DNA of 38,622 nt from Chloroflexota bacterium (GCA_011192195.1 DUEH01000004.1:1-38622), one strand, 5' to 3'. Numbered from the stretch's first letter, positions 1 through 8,502 are shown. Notes: generated from the letters alone by a model not told the origin. Translations and numbers: made by a program.

Positions 1-746
1 AGCTGATGCGCTTTGCTGAAAAATTGCGGATAGGTCAAAAAAACGGCGGTTATACCGCTAAAAGCCGTTGCCCCCACCAGCATATACATCACAATTAATT
101 GCAACTGAACGGCCTCCAGCGGCGAAGCGCCGGCCAAAATCATCCCTGTCATTGCGCCCGGCAAAGAAATTAAGCCAACCGTCTTGGTGTTATCCACCAT
201 CGGAGTCATCCCCGTTGCCAACGCGCGTCTAAGCTGCATACTCACCGCCTGCCGGCTGGTTGCTCCCAAGGCCAGCGCCGCTTCTACTTGCGCCTGCTGT
301 AACTTCAAATCATCGCGCAGTCTGGACATCACCAGCCCGGTAACAACCATTGTATTTCCCACAATCATCCCGGCAATGGGGATGATGAATTGCGGTTCAA
401 AAGGGAAAATGCGCAAGGCAATCAACAAACCCAGCGTCAACATCACCCCCACCCCCACCGATGCTGCCGCAATCATTGCGCTATTGGGGATGCGCTTGCC
501 GCGTTGTCCGGCGGTGTAGGCGGCTACTGTCACCATCACCCCCACTACCACCAAAATCCAAAAGGGATTTTTGCTGTTAAAAATCAAATCCAGCGCGTAG
601 CCAATGGCGATTAGCTGCACAAAGGCGCGCGCAACCGCCACCAGCATATCCTTTTCCAGACCCACCCGCTGCCATCTGGAAATTCCCGCCGCCAGGGCCA
701 CCAGCGTTAGAGAGCCTGCTATTCTGGGAAGCCAGCTTAGTTCCAT
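1..746 (-). CDS. fetB: ABC transporter permease, UPF0014/FetB (YbbM/STAR2-like); 3' end runs off the window
   Basis: Manual translation from ATG at 746 (GAGGAG RBS upstream): MELSWLPRIAGSLTLVALAAGISRWQRVGLEKDMLVAVARAFVQLIAIGYAL...IIPIAGMIVGN...EAALALGAT...KTVGLISLPGAMTGMILAGASPLEAVQLQ, typical UPF0014 motifs; lies downstream of an ABC ATPase. Missing from the ORF track because the stop is outside the window. Confidence 0.85.
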   Translation of the reverse strand, partial: MELSWLPRIAGSLTLVALAAGISRWQRVGLEKDMLVAVARAFVQLIAIGYALDLIFNSKNPFWILVVVGVMVTVAAYTAGQRGKRIPNSAMIAAASVGVGVMLTLGLLIALRIFPFEPQFIIPIAGMIVGNTMVVTGLVMSRLRDDLKLQQAQVEAALALGATSRQAVSMQLRRALATGMTPMVDNTKTVGLISLPGAMTGMILAGASPLEAVQLQLIVMYMLVGATAFSGITAVFLTYPQFFSKAHQ

Positions 747-770
747 TGTTTACTCCTCGCATAAAAAAAG

Positions 771-862
771 ACAAGGGGACAAGGAGACAAGGAGATGGGG
801 GGATAGGGAGACAAAGAGATATTTTATTGAAGACTCTCCTTGTCCCCTTGTCTCTTTTGTCT
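771..862. repeat. Inverted array of ~8-bp tandem repeats (GAGACAAG / CTTGTCTC)
   Basis: gacaaggggacaaggagacaaggaga... followed by tctccttgtccccttgtctcttttgtctc. Confidence 0.8.
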
Positions 863-1617
863 CACATTCGTCCTGCCGCAAAGTCTTTACTCAAATGATG
901 TCCGCTGGATAGTAAATGCGCCGGATCACCGGCCTCTTGTAGTCGTCCATTCGCCAGCAAGGCCATTGTGTCGGCCACGCGCATAACTTGCTCTACGGAA
1001 TGGGATACCCAAACAACGGTCAAGCCCAGTGTATCGCGCAGATGTAAAATACTCTCTTCCACCTGTCGGGTAGCGGCAGGATCAAGCGCGCTGGTCGGTT
1101 CGTCCAGCAGCAAGACTTCCGGTTCGTTTGCCAACGCGCGCGCCAAGGCCGCACGCTGCGCCTCTCCCCCCGATAGCTCATCGCTTGACTTTGAAGCCAT
1201 TGCGCGGGGCAGCCCCGCCATCTCCAGTAAATCGCCAACACGCTCATCAGAAAGCGATTTACCGCGCAGGACGGGGCCAAAGGCTACGTTATCGGCAACT
1301 GTCCCATCGAAGAGCGCCGGGGTTTGAAAAAGCATCCCCACCTTACGACGCAGCGCCAACACATCCAGCGAAGTAATATCCACTCCGCCCAAAAACACCG
1401 TCCCCGCCGGCGGCTCCCACAGACGATTAAGACAGCGCAACAGCGTAGATTTGCCGCTTCCGCTGGGTCCAATCAAACACGTCACCTGTCCAGCGGGAAA
1501 TTCCAGCGAAATATCGCGCAAAATCAGGGCGTCGTCTTGCAAGGCCAGCGTTAAGTTCTTCAATTTGAATTTAGGTTGGTCTGCCAAGTTTTCCACCGCC
1601 TGATTACGACTTTTCAT
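862..1617 (-). CDS. ABC transporter ATP-binding protein (FetA/YbbL/PstB-like)
   Basis: Walker A GPSGSGKST, signature LSGGEAQR, Walker B LLLDEPTSALD, H-loop VSH; exact start uncertain. Confidence 0.9.
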   Translation of the reverse strand: MKSRNQAVENLADQPKFKLKNLTLALQDDALILRDISLEFPAGQVTCLIGPSGSGKSTLLRCLNRLWEPPAGTVFLGGVDITSLDVLALRRKVGMLFQTPALFDGTVADNVAFGPVLRGKSLSDERVGDLLEMAGLPRAMASKSSDELSGGEAQRAALARALANEPEVLLLDEPTSALDPAATRQVEESILHLRDTLGLTVVWVSHSVEQVMRVADTMALLANGRLQEAGDPAHLLSSGHHLSKDFAAGRM

Positions 1618-2638
1618 CGCCTATAGAAACAACTTGCAGGGCAAGCAATTCTGCATCAAGTGTAGATGGCTCTTTTTCATAGACTTTATCAAGTTGCGCG
1701 GTAACATTTTCACCCTCTTCCAAAAACGCGCTTAGCTTTGCCAGCGCAAGGTCCGCGAAATCCGACGCTAACACATCCAGCCAAAAAATGCGCTCATCGT
1801 CCAGGCGAAACCAGTTATATTGCTGTCGAATGAAGCGGCGCGTTTCTTTTTTGGTCAGCGCAACCGCTTCTTCCAGCGATATTTCCCCATGAAGATAGCG
1901 CCCCAATTGCCGGTAGCCCAAACCGGACATCGAAGGGTAGTGTAAATTGTACCCCCGCGCCAATAAATCTTCCACTTCTGCCAGAAATCCCGCTTCCATC
2001 ATCCGATCAATTCGATCATCTATGCGAAGGTACAGACTCTCGCGGGGCATATTCAGACCGATCATCAAAATTCGGTAGGGCGGCGGCGATTTTTTCTGAT
2101 GCGCGCTGATGGGGATGCCGGTTTTGAGGTAGACTTCCAACGCGCGAATCACCCGTCGCACGTTGCGATGATCCAGTTTGGCGGCTGCGTCGGGGTCAAC
2201 AGCGGCTAATTTAGCGTGAAAAGCCTCTGAACCAACCGTCTTCGCCGCCGCCTCCAACTCAGCCCGCAGCGTTAAATCCGGCGGCACACGCGGAATTCCC
2301 CATCCTTCCACCACCGACCACACCCACTGTCCGGTTCCCCCCGCCAGCAGAGGCAGGTCGCCTTGCGCGTGGATGGCGTCAATAGCCGCATAAGCTCGCT
2401 CTTGAAACTCGGCCAGAGTGAGAACGTAATCGGGGGAAACAATATCAATCAAGCGATGCGGCGCGGCAACCAGTTCGTCGGTGGAGGGCTTGGCCGTGCC
2501 AATGTCCATCAATTGATAAACCTGCCGCGAATCGGCGGACACTATCTGCCCGGAGAACGCTTGCGCAATTTTGATGGCTAATGCTGTTTTGCCTATGCCG
2601 GTTGGCCCAACAATGGCGATAAGGGGAGGCAGTTTCAT
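1604..2638 (-). CDS. miaA: tRNA dimethylallyltransferase, with atypical C-terminal tail
   Basis: GPTGIGKT, SADSRQVY, DIGTAKP, GGTG, RRVIRALEV, GLGY, TRRFIRQQYNWF motifs. Confidence 0.95.
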   Translation of the reverse strand: MKLPPLIAIVGPTGIGKTALAIKIAQAFSGQIVSADSRQVYQLMDIGTAKPSTDELVAAPHRLIDIVSPDYVLTLAEFQERAYAAIDAIHAQGDLPLLAGGTGQWVWSVVEGWGIPRVPPDLTLRAELEAAAKTVGSEAFHAKLAAVDPDAAAKLDHRNVRRVIRALEVYLKTGIPISAHQKKSPPPYRILMIGLNMPRESLYLRIDDRIDRMMEAGFLAEVEDLLARGYNLHYPSMSGLGYRQLGRYLHGEISLEEAVALTKKETRRFIRQQYNWFRLDDERIFWLDVLASDFADLALAKLSAFLEEGENVTAQLDKVYEKEPSTLDAELLALQVVSIGDEKS

Positions 2639-2691
2639 GGATGTAGAAGTATATGCTATACTATCGAAAATGTGAACTTGCAGGAGATAAA

Positions 2692-3612
2692 ATGATTGCT
2701 TTTGTATTGAGCGGCGGCGGTAACTACGGAGCGATGCAAGCTGGCGCTTTAGCCGCCCTGGCCGAAAGAGGGATCAAAGCGGATATGATCATCGGGACTT
2801 CTGTGGGGGCGTTGAATGGCGCAATAGCGGCTTACGATGCTTCTGCGGATGGTATGGCCAACCTGGGTCAGTTGTGGCGCAGTTTAAGCAGCGATCTCCT
2901 CTACCCCGGCGGCTACCCCGTTGCTTTGGTGCGCGTGGCAAGGGGGAAGCCCAGCCTCTTCTCCAATCGAGGCATCAGAGCCTTTCTGCGCCAACACCTG
3001 CCCGACAATGCAAAAACCTTTGGCGATTTGACTGCGGCCCGACTCTACGTCATCGCCACCGAAATTCCCAACGGCCAGGTACGCATTTTTGGCGAAGACC
3101 CGTCCGAGAACCTGAAGGACGCTCTCTTAGCCAGCGCCGCGCTGCCGCCTCTGCATCCCCCCTATCAGATTGGCGACAAGCTCTACGTAGACGGCAGTTT
3201 GGCGACCAAGTTTCCGCTCAAAATCGCCATCGAAAAGGGAGCCAGCACTATCTACGCCCTGCATATCTACCACAATCCGGCAGAACAGCCTTATGACAAT
3301 AGCATCGTGTCGCTCTCTCGCTGGTCTATTGCCAAGCTGCTTCACGATTTGGACGAAAGAGAATTGGCCTGGAGCAAAGAGCATACAACCCTAAAATTGC
3401 ACTACCTACAGCTAAAACCTGAGTTTACTCTGGCCGCCACCGATTTCAACCACAGCGCAGAAATGCTGGAAAGCGGATACAATCTGACCATTGACTACTT
3501 GAACAACCTGCCGTTGCCATTAAAAGCCAGACTCAATCAAGAGTGGCATAAATTCAAAACGCGAATCACCAAGTCTCAAAGCGGGCCGGCAGGTGAGCAG
3601 GTGAGCGGGTGA
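2692..3612 (+). CDS. Patatin-like phospholipase
   Basis: LSGGGNYG oxyanion motif, GTSVG nucleophile, DG catalytic Asp; CAGGAG RBS before ATG 2692. Confidence 0.9.
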   Translation: MIAFVLSGGGNYGAMQAGALAALAERGIKADMIIGTSVGALNGAIAAYDASADGMANLGQLWRSLSSDLLYPGGYPVALVRVARGKPSLFSNRGIRAFLRQHLPDNAKTFGDLTAARLYVIATEIPNGQVRIFGEDPSENLKDALLASAALPPLHPPYQIGDKLYVDGSLATKFPLKIAIEKGASTIYALHIYHNPAEQPYDNSIVSLSRWSIAKLLHDLDERELAWSKEHTTLKLHYLQLKPEFTLAATDFNHSAEMLESGYNLTIDYLNNLPLPLKARLNQEWHKFKTRITKSQSGPAGEQVSG

Positions 3613-3720
3613 GCAGGTGAGAAAGTGAGCAGGTGAGAAAGTGAGAAAAATCGCTCACCAGCTCACCCGCTCACCTGCTCACCCGCTCACCCGCTCACCC
3701 GCTCACCCGCTCACCTGCTT
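3591..3720. repeat. Inverted array of 8-bp tandem repeats (GGTGAGCR / YGCTCACC) between convergent genes; probable bidirectional hairpin terminator
   Basis: ggtgagcaggtgagcgggtgagcaggtgag... followed by gctcacccgctcacctgctcacccgctcacc... Confidence 0.85.
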
Positions 3721-4102
3721 CCTCAGAAACCTCAGAAACCGCAGCCTCTTCTCCCATCACAAGCTGACCGCTCAACACGCCGGCCTCGTCTTTGTAGAAA
3801 TTGGCTACGCGAACATCGCCGGATACGCGACCCGTACTCAAAATTTCCAGACGACCTCTGGCGTGAATACCTCCGGTCACTTCTCCCGCCACCGAAACGT
3901 GTTCGGCGATGATCTTCGCCGCCACGCGACCCTGCGGCGCAACAACTACATTGCCCACCGTTTCGATGACTCCGCCTTCGCACACGCCGTCAATCCGAAT
4001 ATTGCCGTCGCACTTCAAATGACCGTCAAAGCTGGTATTGCTGCCAATGACCGTCTCTATCTTGTCCATCGGTATTTTTTTGTTTTTGAAAATTCCTAAC
4101 AC
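3695..4102 (-). CDS. Bactofilin (polymer-forming cytoskeletal protein, CcmA family)
   Basis: ETVIGSNTSFDGHLKCDGNIRIDG...GEVTGGIHARGRLEILSTGRVSGDV beta-helix pattern; GTG start with AGGAG RBS. Confidence 0.9.
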   Translation of the reverse strand: MLGIFKNKKIPMDKIETVIGSNTSFDGHLKCDGNIRIDGVCEGGVIETVGNVVVAPQGRVAAKIIAEHVSVAGEVTGGIHARGRLEILSTGRVSGDVRVANFYKDEAGVLSGQLVMGEEAAVSEVSEEAGERVSG

Positions 4103-4208
4103 GAGCTATCTCCTTTCAGCCCCTTGCCTGGGGGAGGGGGACTGAACAATTGCCTTTCGGGGGGGGTATCGGGCAGACAAAGATTTATTATCAGTAAACC
4201 GCAATCGC

Positions 4209-4316
4209 ACGCTCCAAGCGGGTCCGTGACCCGTTCGGCAGGCTCCGCGTCTTAGGTGCAACAAGTTCGCCGGTTCAGTGCGAAGCCTCCCTATGGGGCG
4301 GAACCGGCTAGAGCGT
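4209..4316 (-). ncRNA. Unassigned structured RNA in the bactofilin 5' leader (cis-regulatory candidate)
   Basis: Closing stem ACGCUCUA/UGGAGCGU, stem GCCGGUUC/GAACCGGC, hairpin CGGGUC/GACCCG, possible pseudoknot AGGCUUCGC/GCGGAGCCU; G-U wobbles work only on the - strand. Confidence 0.5.
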
Positions 4317-4345
4317 AAATAATCTCATTAGGTGTATTCTTATTC

Positions 4346-4374
4346 ATTCTATCATTGTGGAATATACACGTCAA
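4346..4374 (-). promoter_or_regulatory. Sigma70-type promoter for the bactofilin leader
   Basis: TTGACG-17 nt-TAGAAT with extended -10 TG on the - strand. Confidence 0.6.
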
Positions 4375-4610
4375 GTCAGAAATGACTTATTTGATTGAGA
4401 CAAAAGTCATAATCTCAGCAGGTTCAAACTAGAGGATACTTAACTCTCTGTCTACTAACCCCGGCGGACCTCATTCTCGGATTATTGGGATGCCTGATAA
4501 CACCACAATTCCCTCACTCTTGCCAACAAATTTACCATAACGCCATTATAGCGCCGTACATATCGCCATCAAAATGCTAAAAAACTTTGCCCAAAAGATA
4601 AAACGCGCCC

Positions 4611-6389
4611 TTGCAAAACCAGAACCAACAGACTACAATGCAACCTATGTTCCAAAAATTACTCACCCTTTCCATTGCTCTGCTTATCCTGACAGCGGGC
4701 TGCTCACTCACGCCCCCCGCCGAACCCGAAGCCACTCCCACGCCTACCTCCCTTCCGCCGCTGGCGCGGGTGGTGGACATTTTGCCTGAAGCCATCTTCA
4801 TCCCCATTCCCATTGACCCGCCCAGCTTCAACGCTTACATCAACGATACCGGCTACGAAGAACTCATTGGTGAACTGGTCTTTGGCGCGTTGGCCGAAAT
4901 CGGACCGGACGGCCAATACTACCCGGAACTGGCTGCCGAAATTCCCACCCCGGAAAACGGCGGCCTCAGTAAAGACGGGCTGACCGTGATCTGGCATCTG
5001 CGCCCCGGCATCTTCTGGAGTGACGGCGACGCTTTCACTGTTGAAGACGTGGTTTTCACCTGGGAATCGCTGCGGCAAAGCGGCATCTACGCCCCCGGTT
5101 TTGATCTGATAGAAGCCATTGACGCGCCCGACGAGTTGACCGCTATCATCCACTACAAAGAATTTTACCCCAATTACCGCCTGCAATTCGGCGGCGAAGG
5201 AACCGGCGTATTCCCTGCCCATCAATGCGGCCAGCTGGACAGAATGCTGCTGTGGGATTGCAATTTCGAGCCGGTCAGCGCCGGCCCCTTTGTACTGGCC
5301 GAATGGGAGCCAGGCGAGCGTCTGGTCTTCAATCGCAACCCCGCCTACTGGGTTCCAGAACGCCCGCTGGCCCAGCAACTGGTCTTTGTCATAGAAGCGG
5401 ACAAAGACCGCCGCGAGAAAATGCTCAAGCGCGGCAGCGCCCACCTTGACCTGTGGACGGAAGATCCACAGCTAAGCCGCCTGGAAGAGGAAGAAAATAT
5501 CTTCCTCTTTGCCACCAATCCGGCCCGCTTTGTGCTGCGACTTGTTCCCAACCTTAGCGCCTTTGGCAACGCCGACGCCACCCAACCCAACCCCTATCTG
5601 GCCGATCTGCGCGTGCGGCAGGCCATTAGGCACGCCATTGACGTGCCGCGCATCATTGAAGAAGTCTTCAACAATCGCGCCATCCCCACTGATACAGAAT
5701 TAGCCCGCAACGGCTGCTCTGTTAGCCCCTACACCTACAACCCGGAAACCGCCAAAGTCTTGTTGGAGCAGGCGGGCTGGATTGATCAGGACGAAGATGG
5801 AACCCGCGAATGTCACGGCTGCCGGAACGCCGTTGAAGGAACGCCGCTGGAATTCGACAGCTACTACTACGCCGAATTTGGCAACTCATTAGCCAAGGCG
5901 CACAAAAAAATAGAAGTGATGCTTTATGACGTGGGCATCAACATTCATCCCCAGCCGGTGGAGGGCGTTGACCTGTGGGGAACCTGGACCGATAACGGCA
6001 TTGAAATTCGGGGCAACTTCAACATGGATTTATGGGATGACGGCTATTACGGCATAGACCCCACCGACTACCTTTACGACCTCTACGACCCGCACGCCAT
6101 CCCCACCCAAAACGACCCTTTAGCCGGACTGAACGTTATGCGCTATCGTAACCCCGCTCTTGGCGACATTTTTGATGAACTTCGCGCGCCCATCAGCGAT
6201 GCCAAACGCAATCAAATCCTGTGCCAGCTGGCAATTATCCTCTATAGAGACTTGCCCGCCACCCCCCTCCTGTCCCTCCCTGACTACTACGCCGCCAACA
6301 ATCGCTTACAAGGCGTATCTCCCCACATTTACGATACCGTCACCTGGAACGCCGCCGACTGGTTCCTGCTTCCGCCGGAAAATCAATAG
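4611..6389 (+). CDS. Family 5 (peptide/nickel) ABC substrate-binding lipoprotein; true start probably ATG 4638 or 4647
   Basis: Lipobox LTAGC, PELAAEIPT, LRPGIFWSDG..FT..DV.FTW, GPF, VRQAIRHAID; no permease genes adjacent. Confidence 0.9.
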   Translation: MQNQNQQTTMQPMFQKLLTLSIALLILTAGCSLTPPAEPEATPTPTSLPPLARVVDILPEAIFIPIPIDPPSFNAYINDTGYEELIGELVFGALAEIGPDGQYYPELAAEIPTPENGGLSKDGLTVIWHLRPGIFWSDGDAFTVEDVVFTWESLRQSGIYAPGFDLIEAIDAPDELTAIIHYKEFYPNYRLQFGGEGTGVFPAHQCGQLDRMLLWDCNFEPVSAGPFVLAEWEPGERLVFNRNPAYWVPERPLAQQLVFVIEADKDRREKMLKRGSAHLDLWTEDPQLSRLEEEENIFLFATNPARFVLRLVPNLSAFGNADATQPNPYLADLRVRQAIRHAIDVPRIIEEVFNNRAIPTDTELARNGCSVSPYTYNPETAKVLLEQAGWIDQDEDGTRECHGCRNAVEGTPLEFDSYYYAEFGNSLAKAHKKIEVMLYDVGINIHPQPVEGVDLWGTWTDNGIEIRGNFNMDLWDDGYYGIDPTDYLYDLYDPHAIPTQNDPLAGLNVMRYRNPALGDIFDELRAPISDAKRNQILCQLAIILYRDLPATPLLSLPDYYAANNRLQGVSPHIYDTVTWNAADWFLLPPENQ

Positions 6390-6445
6390 CAGAATTATCG
6401 GAATGAGAGAAAAAAATTCTCTCATTCCGATAATTCTGCTCTGAA
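6389..6445. repeat. Dispersed palindromic element, copy 1 (GCAGAATT.TCGGAATGA...TCATTCC.A.AATTCTGCTCTGAA)
   Basis: Near-perfect inverted repeat, closely similar to 13407-13479. Confidence 0.8.
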
Positions 6446-6533
6446 CAGTAACAAAATCTATGTCAATCGGTTGCCCGCCTTGTTAATCTATGCGATAATT
6501 ATTGCATAAATTAACCAAAGGGTACTCCAAAAA

Positions 6534-7199
6534 ATGGACAACTTTACAAAAGCGCGCCATACAATGGTAAACAAACAATTGAAGCAACGGGGAATTGTAG
6601 ACCCGCTGGTATTAGAGGCTATGGGCAGCGTGCCGCGTCATAGTTTTGTGTCAATGGAATACCAGGAACTGGCCTACAAGGATTCGCCGCTACCCATTGG
6701 CTACGGTCAGACCATTTCTCAACCCTACATTGTGGCCTTTATGTTGCAAGAACTGCGGCTAAAAACCCCACGTAAAGCAATTGTTCTGGAAATTGGGAGC
6801 GGATTAGGCTATCAGGCAGCCGTATTGAGCCAATTTGTAAAACACGTCTACACGGTAGAGCGCATCCCTGAACTGGCCGCCCAGGCTGAACAAAATCTAC
6901 TGGCGTTGAGCTATAGTAACATCACCGTCTGTCGAGGTGACGGCGGCTACGGCTGGCCCAAATACGCCCCCTACGACGCCATTGTGGTGGCTGCCGCCGC
7001 CCCGGAAATCCCCCCCCCGCTTTTAAGTCAATTGAAAGCAGACGCCGCACTGGTCATTCCCGTTGGCGAAGCGGGAAATCAGCAATTAATACGCGCTGTG
7101 GCTAAAGGCCGCAAATTCCACACCGAAGTTTTGGCTCCAGTGGCCTTTGTTCCCCTCATCGGTGAGCATGGGTGGCCGGAAAGCAAGGATGAAGGATGA
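6534..7199 (+). CDS. pcm: Protein-L-isoaspartate O-methyltransferase
   Basis: VPRHSFV, AYKDSPLPIGYGQTISQPYIVA, VLEIGSGLGYQAA, GDGGYGWPKYAPYDAIVV, FVPL. Confidence 0.95.
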   Translation: MDNFTKARHTMVNKQLKQRGIVDPLVLEAMGSVPRHSFVSMEYQELAYKDSPLPIGYGQTISQPYIVAFMLQELRLKTPRKAIVLEIGSGLGYQAAVLSQFVKHVYTVERIPELAAQAEQNLLALSYSNITVCRGDGGYGWPKYAPYDAIVVAAAAPEIPPPLLSQLKADAALVIPVGEAGNQQLIRAVAKGRKFHTEVLAPVAFVPLIGEHGWPESKDEG

Positions 7200-7228
7200 A
7201 AAAGCAAGGATGAAATAAAAGCCAATTC

Positions 7229-7296
7229 GTAACTACTTAGCCTGAATTTCGCAGTTTAAAAATTTTTAATGTGCGAAATTCAGGCTAAGCAATTAG
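7229..7296. mobile_element. Degenerate GTAAC-ended palindromic miniature element
   Basis: GTAACTACTTAGCCTGAATTTCGCA...TGCGAAATTCAGGCTAAGCAATTAG; right end decayed, no clear target-site duplication. Confidence 0.5.
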
Positions 7297-7331
7297 ACTA
7301 TCCCTATGATACCATTTGATGGCGGGGATGA

Positions 7332-7434
7332 GTAACTGTTCACTCCCATTCCTCTCAGTCCCCCCGTTGACGGGGGGAAGTTTAAAAGCCTCCCCCTGAT
7401 GTCGGGGGGAGGTTGGAGGGGGGTGAACGGTTAC
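7332..7434. mobile_element. MITE with 12-bp TIRs and 7-bp target-site duplication
   Basis: TIRs GTAACTGTTCAC / GTGAACGGTTAC; GGGATGA at both 7325-7331 and 7435-7441; interior has C-run/G-run hairpins. Confidence 0.7.
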
Positions 7435-7457
7435 GGGATGACAATAGCAATCCTTTG

Positions 7458-7485
7458 TTGACTTTCCCCTCATCAGGGTTATAAT
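7458..7485 (+). promoter_or_regulatory. Sigma70-type promoter of the nucleoside-salvage cluster
   Basis: TTGACT-16 nt-TATAAT ending ~35 nt before ATG 7520. Confidence 0.55.
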
Positions 7486-7519
7486 TTGTTCACTTTACTA
7501 CTATCCGGAAAGGGTCTTT

Positions 7520-8500
7520 ATGGAACAACCCCCGCTTGCTTATTGTCGTCGCTGCGGACATAAAATGACGCAGGCTGAAATTGGCGGGCGCCTTCGTCTG
7601 GTTTGCCCGGAATGTGGCTTTGTTCTGTACCGCAATCCGGTGCCGGGAGTAGGTTTGCTGGTGGAAATGGAAGGCGGGCTAGTCCTCATTCGGCGGGGAG
7701 GAAGCCACGGCAAAGGCCGTTGGGCGCTGCCCGCAGGCTTCATTGAAGCCGACGAAAGCATTGAAGCGGCGGCCATTAGAGAGTGTCAGGAAGAGACCGG
7801 CCTGGATGTGGAATTGCTGGAAATGTTCGGTGTGGATTCTTTTCCCGAAGGGCCAATCCAAAGCGGAATTATCATCTTTTATCGCGCCCGGCCTGTTGGG
7901 GGAAGTCTGCAAGCGGGCGATGACGCCGAAGAAGCCCACATCTTTGCTCCCGAATCTTTACCGTCAGACGTGGCCTTTCGCACGCACCGCGCCGTGTTGA
8001 CGCGCTGGGCTGCGGCGCGCGGCGTTATCCCTCCCTTTGCCGTTTCGCCCGGCGAAGTCTACCCGCTGGCGCAAGGCTTACTCATTCGCCGCGCCAATAT
8101 CGATGACGAAGCCGCCATCCTGAAACTGCTCCCCTTCGTCCCGGCCAATCAAGAGATGAGCGCGCAACAATTGTACGCCGCCGGACTCCGATTTCGAGAG
8201 ACCCCGGCTCTGGATGTGCTGGTGGCGGATTGGCATGGCGAAGTGGTGGCTTTTTTGGCGCTTTGTTTTGTCCCCACGCTCACCAACCTGCGCGCGTGGA
8301 TTGACGATGTGGCGGTCTCGCCCTCGCACCGGCGGCAGGGGATTGGGCGGGCGCTGGTTGAGGCGGCTGTTCAGCGCGCCAGTCGTCGCGGCGTAACCCA
8401 CCTGTTCCTGGATACCAGTCGCAGCAACCCCGATACCCTTGAGTTCTACCGCGCCTGCGGCTTTGAAGACGGCGGCATTGCCCCGCTGCACATTCGCTAA
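7520..8500 (+). CDS. Zn-ribbon Nudix hydrolase fused to a GNAT acetyltransferase
   Basis: CRRCG...CPECG, Nudix box GFIEADESIEAAAIRECQEETGL, GNAT motif A VSPSHRRQGIGRALV, FYRACGF. Confidence 0.85.
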   Translation: MEQPPLAYCRRCGHKMTQAEIGGRLRLVCPECGFVLYRNPVPGVGLLVEMEGGLVLIRRGGSHGKGRWALPAGFIEADESIEAAAIRECQEETGLDVELLEMFGVDSFPEGPIQSGIIIFYRARPVGGSLQAGDDAEEAHIFAPESLPSDVAFRTHRAVLTRWAAARGVIPPFAVSPGEVYPLAQGLLIRRANIDDEAAILKLLPFVPANQEMSAQQLYAAGLRFRETPALDVLVADWHGEVVAFLALCFVPTLTNLRAWIDDVAVSPSHRRQGIGRALVEAAVQRASRRGVTHLFLDTSRSNPDTLEFYRACGFEDGGIAPLHIR

Positions 8501-8502
8501 CA

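Noticed and set aside
3591-3720. Tandem repeats here and at 11574 and 30650 as a CRISPR array
   Set aside because: Units are 7-8 bp with no unique spacers, and no cas genes are present.
3641-4099. 152-aa + strand ORF with SPAHPLTR repeats
   Set aside because: Antisense to bactofilin; the repeats are simply the translated DNA repeat.
4209-4316. Assignment to c-di-AMP, c-di-GMP-I/II or ZTP riboswitches, 6S RNA, SRP RNA or an HDV-like ribozyme
   Set aside because: Only fragmentary resemblance (GGCGAA, GGAGC, CCGAA..GUCA). Diagnostic cores such as GGGGUGAAU, the GAAA tetraloop with its receptor, GUGCAACCG, GGAAGGAAGCAG and a proper P3/L3 are missing.
4381-4500. Second ncRNA in the bactofilin-SBP intergenic region
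   Set aside because: Only short imperfect stems and no recognisable motif.
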